From the NCBI RefSeq assembly GCF_009914755.1, contig NC_060925.1: a stretch of 64,000 nt of DNA. One strand, given 5' to 3'. The DNA is from the human T2T-CHM13v2.0 reference genome, Homo sapiens. Of the stretch, positions 29,011 to 44,206 are shown one piece after another (position 1 is the stretch's first letter; the number at the start of each line of letters is the position of its first letter). A program made the translations under genes and the position numbers. The notes below the pieces were generated by a model, which had not been told where the DNA came from, made no database searches, and was given only the letters and a program-made list of their open reading frames with translations.

Positions 29011-29529
29011 CAAGGTGAACCCTCCCCAGAAGGCTCTGCTCAATGAGACTCTGAAAGTGTTCAAAAGCATGGTCTGAGAAAGCATCCCTCCTTCAGGGCA
29101 TGTACCCAAGTAGTCTTTCTCTTGCTGGCTGAAATCATCAGGGATTGTTTCCAAGTTTTAACTTCTGATTTTCACTCTTTTAAATCCCAGAGCCAATACT
29201 TGAACAGAAGTAAGTTTGCTGTTACACCTCTCACTTTGATTAGCTTGTTGCGTTAAATTAATTGTCAGATTGCCTGAAACCAAAGCTTCTTAAAATGAAC
29301 ACTGGTTCACTCGGGAAATTTTTGCAAGATCAAAAATGGAAGACTGTGTCACTGATGAAAGGGAGAGATAGCCAGAATACAAAATCTAGAGCTTTGGACC
29401 TGAAATCTGGCTGCAAGATGGTTTTTTCCTGTCTTACCTAAGAAGTGGCCCCCAGGATTCACATACCAGTAGCCTCTTTTTGTTATTCTTTTTTTTTTTT
29501 TAAACATATCCCCTTGTTAAAGATCCTCT

Positions 29530-29800
29530 TGATTGCAAGCAAAAGCAGCCTACTGTGCAGGCTGGCTTAAGCAGAAAAGGGAATTTATTGTGGGGACATG
29601 GTGGGGAGGTGTCTCATTACTGAGAGGAAGAAGGCTGGCTGGCCTCAGAAGGCATGAGAACTGGGACCTGGGTCCAGCCCAGTCCATGGTGGCCACAGCT
29701 GGATCTCAGCTCTGCTCCTCCAGGCCAGGTGGCTGCTTTCTCCTCTCTCTGCAGTGGGATTTTCTCTGCCCAGGACTCATGTGTCTACCTGTGGGTCTAA
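29530..29800 (-). mobile_element. Ancient MaLR/ERVL-like LTR relic
   Basis: GATTGCAAGCAAAAG..GGCTTAAGCAGAAAAGGGAATTTATTG resembles a reversed MLT-type LTR 3' end. Confidence 0.45.
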
Positions 29801-32532
29801 TCTCCTAGCATAGGCTGAGCCTGCACCTCCTTGAGAAAACAGATTAGCTTAGCTTAGTCTGAGTGTTCACTCCAGGCGCACCCTGAGAGGGAGTGCAGCC
29901 TGCACATGGGGTGGGTAGTTCTTAAAGGGAGCCTGCCTCCAGAGGCGCCGGGGGAGGGGGGGGGGCCTGCATTTAGAGTGTGTGCGTGGAGCATGTAGCT
30001 TGTTCCTGTTTTCATGGAGTCGCAGAGATCAGAAAGCATTTATGCCTGTTTCTGACAGAGATGCACACAGCTGGTCTGAATGGGCAGGATTAGGGTGAGG
30101 GCAGTGGAGGAGGGATCTGGCCACACAGGCAGTCTGCTGTGAGGGCCACTTCAAGCCACTCTTCCCTTGCTGAGCTGTGATTCGTTCTTTTCCAAGTGAC
30201 TTAAACAGAGGCCTTTTCTCTTGTTTGTGGGGATGAGGATGGCGAAGGGAGGAGGAGGGAGAGGGTGGCTGAGTGGAGGAAGCGCAGTTGTGCTGCGGAG
30301 ATTCCTGCTCTGCAGCTTGTCTGCTGTGGATTGGCCCAGGGGGTAGGTGGCACAGTGTGTGTGGCAGGGGGGTGGGGGGGACCAGGCCTGGCTCCGCTGG
30401 TCCACTCTTGGGCTGTGAGCCAGGACAAAATCTTATACCAAGCAAGCATCTTTTCCAGTAAAATAGAGTGTCTCCATGCCCTTAGGAACTGCCTGGGACA
30501 GCCTCATTCTGTCCTGGATTTTGTTCTGGGCTCTGCTGCCTGTTGAGCGTGGACCAGTGACCTCATAACTGTGGCAGAGGTGAAGGTCTCAGCACCTTCT
30601 GTGTGCCCTCTTGCATGTGTGTTTGCCAGCATGCTTGGGGCTTTCTTCAGGTGTTTCTGGCCTGAGGAAGTGTCTTACCCCCATGTTATTTGTGTGGCTG
30701 CACAGCATCTGGAGGGAGGGATAGAGCCCCAGCGCTGGGCACATCGGATCTGTGCTCTGAACAGCTCTGTTGATGCCAGAGCTGCCTGACTTGCTCTGTG
30801 TGGTGCTGTGAAGGTCAGGCTTGGAGAGTGAGGAGCTGCTGAAAAAGGGTGAGTTTTGTTCTCTTCTTCCAGGGCTCAGTCTTCCTTGTACCAGTTTCTT
30901 TCTCTGTTCTTCTCTCCTTGACTCAGGAATCCAGTTTGCGCAGCACTTACATGGCGGGCAAACTCCAGTTTATACCTGGAGCTGCAGGGCGGAGCTGCTG
31001 TCAGCTGGGAGCTGTTATTGAGGAACAGCTGTGGTAGAGGTGGATAAGAAGAAGACCTGACCCCACCTGCTGGGGCAAGAAGCCTGCATAGCACAGCTAA
31101 ACAGCCATGTGGGACAACGGCTGAGCAATGACAGTGGAACCCAGTGTCCCATGCAAAGTGCTCAAGAAGTGGACGGGATGGATCGCTGCTGAGTGGCTCT
31201 TGAGGAGCTCAGAGTATCTTGGGGCTGATGTTGCCTGTTGGGACTTTCCCCAGCACAGACGGCGTGCGGGATTTCAGATGCTCTTCTCCTTGCCTTCAGA
31301 AGCCCAGGGAGTGTTGGCAGCTTGTTTGCACCTGATCAGATAAAAGAGGTCATGATCTCTGTGAAGGTCTTTTCGGGGAAGGGGTCACTGGCCTTGCCAA
31401 ATGTGGGAAGCGAGGCCTCTTCCCAGTTCTGCCTGTGACTCAATGGCTGTGGCTCAGGGCAAGTCATTGGATTTGTTTTTTGTTTTTTTTTTCAGAATAA
31501 CGTCAGCATGTGCTGAGCATCTGACTCACGGGGTGAGGCAGTGAATGAAGGACTTCATCTCCGTGAAGTGCTTGACGTGATAGAATGAAAACCCTTGCGT
31601 TCCCAGCCTTGGCTGTCAGAGTCTCATTTTAAGGAAAGCCGTTTTTGACGTGTGTTTCCTTTCAGTTCGGAGCTGGCTTCTGTTAGGACAGGGGGTTTCT
31701 GCCCACTTAGCTGTGTCTCTGGTAATCTGAGATTCTTGGAAACGGGCCACAGTGATTCCTCTGGCCACATTCAGGGTCAGGTTTTCAGTTCGTCTTCCTG
31801 GTGTTTCCGCGCCTCATTCTAGGGGGAGGTTTAGTCGTTCCTTTCTCTGCTGTCCCCCAGTAGCTTCCGGCCATTCCTTGTGAAGGAATCTTCCTAAGTC
31901 AATTTTCCCTGGTGAAGACTGAGCCCTGGAAGAAGAGAACAAATCTCATCCTTTGTCACTTGGGAATTTCACTGGCGAAATTCAGTGAGGCACTTGAGGT
32001 TTGTAAACGGGCAGACGTTTCCCACACGATTACGTCTGTATGTTGGAAAGATATTTCTAAGTTGTAGTGAGGTAGGAGGGATTCTCAGCGAGAGGAGGGG
32101 CTTGGGCTGAACCCGGCACTGCCGGGACATGAACAGGGGAAACAGCGTTGGCGGTGGAGCAGGTAGACATTCCCTTGACCTCGTAAGTCCTGGATGCCAC
32201 CCGGCGAACTGGCCTGCGGGCTGGAAATGATGCAGCTGACCCAGTAAACGCACTCAGCTCACCTTTTAGTCTGGTCCAGAACGCTGAATTGAGCTCTTGG
32301 ATCTTGGTGCTAAATACGTGGTGTGGCATTAATGGCAGTAAAGATGGATGGTTATGTACCATGTAGAACGTGCAAATCTGTTTTCAATAGGCTTTATTTT
32401 TTAGAGCAGTTTTGGGTTCACAGCAAAATTGAGCAGAAGGTACAGAGAGTGCCTGTATACCTGCTACCCCAACATCCAGCTTCCCCTATTAGTTTCCCTT
32501 CACAAGAGTTATAGTCCACAAACCTACACTGA

Positions 32533-32859
<327 letters not shown>

Positions 32860-33199
32860 AGGGTTCACTCTTGCTTTTGTACATTCTATGGGTTTGGACA
32901 AATGTACAGACACACGTCTGAGAAAATTGTGGGTTTGATTTCAGGCCATCACATAAAGCAAATACGGCAGTAAAGCAAGTCACACACAGTTTTTGGTTTC
33001 CTAGTGCATACAAAGTTATGTTTACACTGTATTGCCGTCTGTGAATAGGGCAGTAGCCTTATGCCTAAACAATGTACGGATCTTAATTTTAAAATATTTT
33101 ATTACTGAAAAATGCTAAGGATCATCTGAGTTTTTAGCAAGTCGAGTCATAGTCTTTTTGCCCAGATGTTGATGGCTGCTGACTGATGACGGTGGTGGT

Positions 33200-35090
<1,891 letters not shown>

Positions 35091-36394
35091 TGTAAGGTTA
35101 CCAATTGGCCTAATTTCAGTATCGTGGTAACGCAGGGAATAGGGAGGCTTGAGGAGAGGGAGGGAGATGGCAGAACAGCCAGTGAGTGGGGGAGTCAGAA
35201 CACACACAATGTTTATCCATTAAGTTTGCCATTTTATATGGTTCATGGTGCTCCAAAATGATTAGTATCATCAAAGACCACTGATCACAGATCACCATAA
35301 GATATAATAGTGACAAAGTTTGAAATATTGTGAGAATGGCCAAAATGTGACATATAGACATGAAGTGAGCACACGCTGTTAGAAAAAATGGCAGTGATAG
35401 ACTTGCTCGATGTAGGGTTGCCACAGACCTTCAGTTTGTAAAAAACACAGTATCTGAAGCATATCAGTGTGAAGTGCAGTGAAGCAAGATATACGTGTCT
35501 GATGAAAGCATCCGCCTCACTCTGTTCTGGGCAGTGTCATATGGAATAGCTTCGCTGCCCTTGGAATTGTCTGTGTGCTCCCTGTTCATCCCTCCCAACC
35601 CCGATAACCACTGATCTTTTTACTGTCTCCATCACTTTGCCTATCCCAGAATGTTGGAATCATTCAGTATGTAGCCTTTTCAAATTGGCTTCTTTCACTT
35701 AGTCCTATGTATTTAAGGTTCTTCCATGTCTTTTCATGACTGGAGAGCTCATTTCTTTTTAGCACTGAATACTGTTCCGTTGTCTGGATATACCACAGTT
35801 AATCCATTTGCCTAGATGTGTCCATCATGACAAAGGACATCTTGGTTGTTTCACATTGTAGCAATTATGAATAAAGGTGTTAGGAACATTTGTATGCAGG
35901 TTTTTGTGTGGACATAAGTTTTCAACTCCTTTGGATAAATTCCAACGAGTGCGCTCACTGGACTGTATAGAAAGTGTATGTTTAGTTTTGTAAGATCCTG
36001 CCAAACTGTCTTCCAAAGTGTGCAAGCCTATTTTTTGACCAGGGCGGTTAGTCACACATAGCAGCCACATCTGTTGTGGTGCCTTCCTGGGAGGCCCCTC
36101 TCTTTTATAGTCCCATCAGTGCCACCATCTGCAGGGTCACCAGAGTCCCTGTAGGGCCAGAAGCACAAGTATGGCTGGTTCCTTATCTCCCTGGAGCCCT
36201 GGCTTCTTCCCACCTCTCTCCAGCCTCAACTATTTTTTGCCTTTGCCCTACGGGGACTGGCTGGCGGTTCTTCCCCGCGTGGCTCCTCCCCGCACTGTCT
36301 CGGTGGGAGCATCGTCCGGCCTTCATGCCCTGTAAGATGCGGTTCAGATGGCACCTCCTCTGTGACGCCCTTCCTCTCATCCTACTAGCCCAAT

Positions 36395-37580
36395 TAAAAA
36401 AAGTTATTATAGTAAAGTTCAAATATATGTAAGTAGACTCAATAGTATAATGAACTCTGCCTGCCCCTCACCCTGCCTTTATCCGATCAGCCTATGGTCA
36501 GCCCTGTCCTGTCCATGACCACCCTGGAAATGGGCCCCAGAAATCATCTTATTTTACCTATAAATATTTTAGTGTGTGTCTCTAAAAGATAGTTTGAACT
36601 CACAGTACCATAAATCATACTTAAAAACAATTAACAAGTTCCTTAAGGGCATCCATATTTAATTATCGCTCAAATCTCCATTTGGTTCCTAAATGTTATA
36701 CCTGTATTTATAATTTTTCTTAATTCAGGATTTATATAAAGTTACCGACTGTGGTTGATTCATACAACCTCTGGTTCTTGGAAAATCGGAGTTTTCTTTT
36801 TTCCCTCTGCTTTTGGTCATTTCATTGACTTGTGCGTACAGGTTTTTGTGAAGGGAGCTGGGAATCGCCTTACTGTTTTCCAGCCTGGATTTTGTGGCTT
36901 GCGTCTCCGTGGGGTAGTTTTCCATGTTCCTCCGTGCTCTGTTTCCTGCAAATGTGAAGTTGGGTGTAGAGCCTTGATGAGATTCCCATTTGATTTGTTT
37001 CTTCCTCTTTGAGGGATGGGCGAGGCTGCTCGCCACGTGGGGTCTGTGCTGCACTCTTGGACCTGGAGGCACAGGGCACTGGGTTTCTGTGGTGGAGGCA
37101 ACCATTGATACTCAGTGTCTGTATCTCCTAGTTCTTTAGGCTTTCAACATTGTAACATTTTAATTCTATCTGCGAGTGTAATTTCTTTGCTAGGCTGTTT
37201 GTATAAAGAGAACTCCCCCCACCCCCACTATTTGTTTACCTGGTGGTACTGTCCATGGGGGAAAGATAACACCCATGTCAGTTTCTTCCTTTTATTTATC
37301 AGTTTCTAGTCAGTGGTAACCAGATAGGGCTTTTTGCTTGTTTGGTTTTATGGCATTATGTGGACTTACACATTTGCATTTCAGCTTATTCCAGTTATTA
37401 TTATTAGGGTTCACATTTTCCCAGCTTTGGTCAGTGAAAGCTGCTTGAGGTGGGCCCTATATCCCATTGGCGTGATTGTCATGGCCTTTGAGGACCGTGT
37501 TGCTGTATACTGTGGTAAGATTCCCGGGGTCACATTGTCTGTTCCTGCCCCAGACCTGGAGTCAGCCTTTCCCAGAGAGC
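36395..37580 (-). mobile_element. Old L1ME-type fragment(s)
   Basis: Degraded AT-rich L1 3'UTR-like text (ATAGTATAATGAAC..TAAATATTTTAGTGTGTGTCTCTAAAAGAT); boundaries approximate. Confidence 0.5.
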
Positions 37581-39529
37581 CCTGGTTCTCTGTGCTGGGA
37601 AGCGTTTGCGGTTTGCTATTGGGCTCAGGGCGGCCTGCTTTCCTGTTCCTCCCCTGTGCCCTCGGCACCTGGCCGGAGCATCTCCAAGTGTCTGCCACCA
37701 TACACTGCAGTCCTCACTAGCCTCTTGCATGCGTTGGGGGTGGGGGTGGGGGTGAGTGGGCGGTGTTAAAGGCTACACCTGGGATTCTCCAGGCCTCAGC
37801 AGCTGGTGTTGTAAGGTTACATAGTAACAGTGTTAACCAGCTTGCCCTGTCTTTTCTCAAAGTTCCACCCATTCAGTTCCAGGGGTCCAGGACGTGCCTA
37901 TCAGGAACAGCCCTTGGATGCCCTTGGGTCCTGGCCTGCCTTGTGGATGTCATCTGCTCCCATGTCAGCCATCTCCAGGGCTCTTCCCGAGAAGAGGGCA
38001 GTCCCCGCCAAGGGTGTTGCCTCTCAAACCTGCCAAACTACAAACCCTCTTGGTACCTCCACACATCCCTGGAGTCGGCTTTGGGGAACACTGTGTTCCA
38101 TGTCTAAGTGGAGTCCCGGGCCTCTCCCCTCCAGTGTCGCCTGTGCCAGCTGGACACGAAGCAGCAGATCAGTCATGAAAATGGCTGCTCAGCTCCGATC
38201 TGCCCTTCCTTCCGCAGGACTCAGGGACGCACAGCTCCCCAGGGCTGGTCACCCAAACAACAGCATTCCTTTCTCCTCGGCCTCTCCCCAGGCTGCTTGG
38301 GAGAGAAAACTTCCCTCATCCTCCTCCGCACACACTAAATGCCCTGCCGGTATCTTCTTTCCAGTGACTGTGGCCCCAGGTCGTCACACATGGCCAGACA
38401 CAGCTGAATCTCAGGCTAGATCATGTTGGCACTGCTTCCACCCCTTGGATAAAATAAAATTCCCAGTGACTTCCTTAATATTTTGATAGGCTGAGTGGCT
38501 TATATGCAAACTTTGATGTAAACACTAGGCCAGAAATTGGTTAACTGTGGTTTAGGACTCCTAATCTTTCTCCGGATTTATTGAAAACATGTCTTAGAAT
38601 GGTACGCACCAAGTGGTTCTCCCTGGTACTGCATCCTGCTGGCCACGTACCCTTTCCTGATGCTCCTCTGAAGGGAGGATGTTTAACGCAATGATCTCCA
38701 GCCAGTGTCCAAATGGCATAGAGCCACTTCCTTGTTGACATTCCCTGGGATCTGGAGGTCACTTCCAGCTCTTTCCTCTTTTCTGCAAGAGCCATGGTGC
38801 TGCACCTGCCTGCTGTGTGCTGGCACATGCCTGTGGGGTTGTGAAGGCTTTGTATGGGTCCCTGGACCACACCTGAGGAGGCGCTGTCTTAGTCCCGTGG
38901 CGGGCGGTGGGGCAGGCTCCCTGCACTGGAGGAAGCACCAGCAGGCTTTTGTGCGTGAACAGACAACTCTGTTGGCTTTCCTGCCCTCCCCTGTTTGCCT
39001 TCTTGATTTTTCCCTTCTCTTTTTGTTTCTGTCTCCATCCTGGTTGCATTCCCTCACTCCCCTCTTCTTTGTCCCTGCCAGGTTTCTGATGGGTTACTTC
39101 TTTGAGGAGGAGAACCCTACCACCATTCCAGAATACTCAAGGCAAGGTTTGAGGGGAGAATTAGGCGGATGTCCATTTCACAAGGCTTTGTTTTTGCCGA
39201 GGAGAACATCAGTGTCTGCCTTTAGTAGGTTGCCATCATCATAAGCAATAATAGCTGACTGTAACTCAGGGACTGTGCTGGGAACTTTCCATGCCCACGG
39301 AGTCAGTCTCTTCAGCAGCCCCAGGAGGATGAGTGCTTTTGCATACCCCACTTTGCATAGATCCCAAAAAGGGGACATTGGGACATTGGGAGCATCAGTA
39401 ACTTGCTCGAGGTCACACAGCTAGAAGAGGGGAGGAGGGATTTAGAATGTATTTATTTATCTTATAACGTTTATTTTTTGATATATAAATTTATATTTCC
39501 CTTTGTAGTTTATTTAAATACTGTTATGC

Positions 39530-39643
39530 TTTTTTTTTTTTTTTTTTTTCAAGGGACAGGGTCTTACTCTGTTGCCCAGGCTAGCCTTGAACTCTTGGGC
39601 TCAACCATTCAAGCCTCAGCCTCCCGACTAGCTGGGACTGTGG
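39530..39643 (-). mobile_element. Alu monomer (FLAM-like) inside a MIR
   Basis: Poly-T + GGGTCTTACTCTGTTGCCCAGGCT..CTCAGCCTCCCGACTAGCTGGGACT; MIR core at 39340-39440. Confidence 0.85.
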
Positions 39644-40559
39644 GTTTAGAATTTGAATCCAGTGTTCACCCTTCCTCCTGAGCGGTGCTGTACATTATGA
39701 ACAGGTTGTTTGCCAGGAACTGGGATAATGCCATTTTCCTCATAAACCTTTGTCCCGCAAGCATGGGTAGACAGACAGCTGGTGCTTTCCTTGGTTATAT
39801 TTGGCAAACTATATAACCAAACCAAACTTGATTATATTTGGCTAGTGGACCAGTTCTTTTGTAGTTGGTTAGAAAAGAAAAGATATCGCTTTCCCTTGAA
39901 AGAATTCATTCTCCATGAGATTGAGGTTCAGAAAATCTGTTAAATAAATCCCAAGCCCTGAGGCCTCCAAATCAGTGGCTGCTCCGCTGCTCCTCTCTCT
40001 CCCTCGACCTGGTCTCTCAGTGACCCCCTCATCTTTTCAAATCATAGCATGTTGGGACAAGTGTTCCAGGGAAGGCCTCTGTCAGTGTTTAGCTTACATT
40101 TCTTGGGTGTATCTTTTTGACAAAATTTTCCCCCCAGGGATAAGGAAACCAGAAAACCACAGTGGATCAGCGTGCAGGAATGCATAAGGGTGGCTCTGTG
40201 TGTGTGTGTGTGCATGTACATACGTGTGTGTGTGTGTTCATCCGTGTGTGTGTGTTTTCCTTCAGAGCATTTTAAAGGTCTCAGCTATTATTAACATGAA
40301 TTTATTATCTATATTTAGGATAAGCCCACTAAGGATGATTTGGGATGAGCTGTGAATCTGTGGTGTATATATAGATCTCTGCACACGCGTATAGTGCATA
40401 TTTATGTCTGCACGTACTCCTGGGCGTTGACATCTGCCTGTGGAATGCAGACATCTCTGTGCAGGGTTGTGGCCTGTCGTCTCTTGATTGGCAGTTGAAG
40501 TGTCCCGCATCCCCTTGTTATTAATAACTTGCTTGGGGCTACATTGAGTTGGGGATGTG

Positions 40560-41080
40560 CAGTAGTGATTTATCAAGACATTGTTATAAAGACACAAGGC
40601 TGGTTGTAATAGTCTAATCAGAACAAGTGTATTCAAAGTGGCGAGTTTCAAGCATGCTGTTTAGGAGACTTCACACTTATTTTCAGCGTTCAGAACATTG
40701 TTGAACCTCTGCTTTTGGCATCGTGGTCACAGCTAGTCTATGAGCCTTAGGAGAAATTATACTTGCCATTTGGTGCCCACTGTGAGTTTCTGACCAAGAA
40801 CAAAATTTCCAAGCTTGATCACCTGCCTTATTCGTGACGCTTGGCTCCAAGTGGTTGTTAGCTGTTTCCAAAAAACAAATGTGCTTTAGAGGATGAACAT
40901 TATGCTGTTGTCTCTGGGGGCCAACCCGTTAGGGGAGTTCCAGAAATATTTTGAATGATGACAGCATCATGGGAATACCAAGGGTCTCCCCAGGGGACTA
41001 CTTTGAAGAGGGGCACATGCAGGTTGGTCATGTCTTTGTGTGAGTTCCAGGGTTCGAAAATAACTGACGTATACTGGTTG
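40560..41080 (+). mobile_element. MARNA-like ancient mariner relic
   Basis: 40820-40879 translates HLPYS*RLAPSGC*LFPKNK (mariner HPPYSPDLAPSD..LF motif); GDYFE at 40993-41007. Confidence 0.75.
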
Positions 41081-43113
41081 TGTATGTCTGTGTGTGTGTT
41101 GCCCGCACAGCTAAGTTTAGACACCGAGCTTTGGAGACCTCTGAGAGCCGACTCCACCTTTGATTTTCAGTTGTCTTTCATTTTGTACCCATTTGGTATT
41201 GTCTTGCTTGAGCCTTTGTGGAAATAGACCTTGACTTCATTTCTTAAGTCTTTTTTACTTTCTACGATTATGGAAAGGAAAAATATATATTTTATTTAGA
41301 AGGCAACAGGTGTACTTATGTTCTTCTCCTATATGATGGGTAGTGGAAATGTTTTAATTGCCTTCTTTTGTCTACTTTAACCTCATGATCATTGCCTTTG
41401 TTTGCTAGTCTCTCAGCATGCGTGGTTTTGAAAATGACCTGCACACTTAGCAGATGTGATACAGAAACCAAACCCCCGAACCACACTGTCAGGGGACTCT
41501 AAAAATGTGAAAACACCTGGTTTTGGTTTCTTAGTCATTCTGTTTATTTGGTGAACTCTGTAGCTTCAAACGTACAGCTTTGACCACTTAATGAAAGCAT
41601 GTGGATAGTGACGTGAGGATGACCTGAAGATATGACTCCCTGTCCTTTGGACTAAGTGGCCTTTAAACCAGTCACGTGCCTGGCTCAACTTTAAAAAGAA
41701 GTAAAGACATTGTCATTAGATCTATACAATGTCAAGAATATTACCCGGCCTGGATTTAGGTGGAAATGAATTAAGTGCAAGTACTGATAGGTACTTTCTG
41801 GGGGTTAATTTTATTATTTTCTTCTCTTTAATTTTGATGTAGACATGGAGACAGCAGAGGGAGAGACACCAATTCTTAAGCATGTTGTGTGCTGGTGTGT
41901 TGCAAAACATTGCTGCAAGAGCTGTCTATCACCCGCAAGAGCCCTTCTGACCTGATCTGTGGTCGTACTGGACTTGTGGCAAGCTGGAATGTCCCCTTGT
42001 CACCAGTGGCGTGTTAATGTTACTAAAAAGCAAGGAAAATATAATTGAGTTCTCCCTAAATCTACCTGTGGCATGAAAAAATCTCTCAGGTTGCATCATG
42101 TCCAGAAATAACTATGGTGGGGCCTAATGGGAGTAATTCCCTGGCTCCAGGTATTTGGAGGAGGCAGGCAGCACTTCTCATTGGAGTGATTTGGAACCAA
42201 GGCAGTACATTTTCCTGCTGTTCCTGAACAATCTGAAGTTTTGCAGATCCTTGGAGAAATAAAAGCCACAGTCTTGGAACCTCCCACCTTCTTTTGGCCT
42301 GAGTCCTTCTCATGAATTCAGCAACCAAAATGGAGTCATGGGGACGGGTGGGACCTGCCGTGATGGTCCCACCTGCATTACCCCCATGGCAGACTAGGGT
42401 GGTGTGGCCTGTCTGGGAATGTGGTCTTTCTCTCTGAGAACCCAGCTATGTGGTTAGTAACTCAGGATTGTGGCCCTGTGGTTACTGTGCACTAATCAGC
42501 CCTCCAAACACTGGAGGAGCACACCCTGGTGTCTGCACCGCTGGCTGTTTTCAAGAGTGTTGTTCTCTTCCACCAAACAGCCTACACTCAGCCCTGCACT
42601 CAGATTTTGCTTTATTTGTTGATGAAGCTGGAAAGAGTCCATTTGACGTGTAACCTGGTCTCCGCTAAGCGGTTGTTCTCTATTCTTGTCAAATGTGAAG
42701 GCTTCCCAAGCCTGGTTATGCATTGTTGGCTGCCAAAGAGGGCCAAGTGTTTGAAAGTGAATACCAGATTAGAGAATTCATAAATGAAGATGCAATAACC
42801 CATCACACAATTAGAGTGCAGGATCCCTTTCCCACAATCAGAGTAACAGAGATGGGACTAAGGAAGTTGTACAGGCCAGAGAAGGGAGGGGGCTGTGGGG
42901 AGAAAGAAGGAATAGCTGGTTAGAATGTCCCTGTGTTTCTCAAATTCTGCAGTTTCCTAGCGACCCCTCCCTCAGGAGTGTAGCGAGGCCTGGCTGGTGT
43001 TTGACAGCGTCACATATTTTAAATTAAAGGCAGAGTGAATAAGGAGAGATGAAAGGTTTACTGCGTTTGGATCGTGAGTCTTTCAGCCAAGATCGTGTCT
43101 TAAATTTTGTATC

Positions 43114-43226
43114 TTGTAATATCGTATCTGTGGGATTTCGTCAATAATGCTGACAAAATCTGAAGTTGTACAAAGGGATAGTGGGAGTTTCTCATCAGAG
43201 GTCATAGATTTTGGTGGGTAAGAGTG
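43114..43226 (+). repeat. Copy 1 of a ~110-bp dispersed direct duplication
   Basis: ~90% identical to 44246-44354 by manual alignment. Confidence 0.95.
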
Positions 43227-44206
43227 CTGCTTGCTTAGAGGGGTTTTGGCAGCTGCCTTCAGGCAGTGAGAAACTGTGTTAAGGTAGGAAGGAGAACAGA
43301 CAACTTCGGCTTAGATGAGAAATTGTGAGCACTTTCCAACAGTGACATCCCAGTACTCTGTTTAAGTGAAAAGCTGAACTCTCTTAAAACTCTCTTGCCA
43401 TGCCTCATGTCATCATTTCTCCAGGATTGGAATGTGTGCCACTCCTAGAAAGGATTATTGGCAGAGTTTCAATGTCTCTCTCCTGTCTTTCTTTTCCTCT
43501 CTTCATTCCATGTGAATATACGAAGGAAGGTGGCTCCCCACCCAGTGCTCAGAGGTTGGGTGGAGGCAGCACACAGACAGGTAGTGACCCTTCAAGCATG
43601 GGGAGGCCAGAGTTCAGAGGACGGTGTGTGGGCTACAGCCAAAGAGGAGCGAGGAGCAGGGAGGCCTTTTGGAACAGAAACCCTGAGCCACACTTGAAGA
43701 ATGATGAGGTTCCCTAGATGAGTGTGTGGGGGCAGGGGTGTGGGGGCAACCCCAGCAGAGCTGGGGAGATGGTGATGGGAACTTCCCAGAGCAGGAGTGT
43801 GGGGTTGCTGTGCTAGGAGAGGGCTGTAGGAACACCCAGAGTGGAGACACAGGCAGGGCCAGTTCGGCGGGGGCAGGCACCCCTCTGCAGAATGTGGAAA
43901 GGGCCTGGTGATGAGTATAGCTGAGAGAGGGCAGCCATGCACTTTTTGGGGCCCGCTGGGGTGCTCTGAGAGGGAGGGATGGAAGGTTGCAAGCCTGGAT
44001 TCTTGAGACCTGGAGACCAGGGAACAGAGTGACCTTTGTCTTATATCATAAGGGGGTTGCAGTTGAGGACTAACGGATGCCGATGCCTCGAGAGGGTTTG
44101 GGGTGTGGGAAGAGAGGCCCCCGCCTCCATCCTGCCTCGCGGGTAGAAACATGAGCGGGAATGAGAGTGGTTCAGAAGGCCATCCTCCCGCAGGCAGCCT
44201 CACTCA

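Noticed and set aside
28517-29077. Cys/His-rich 'metal-binding' ORFs
   Set aside because: Artefact of the alternating TG/CA low-complexity tract
37830-38486. 218-aa ORF
   Set aside because: Non-ATG start, Ser/Pro/Ala-rich, no recognisable family
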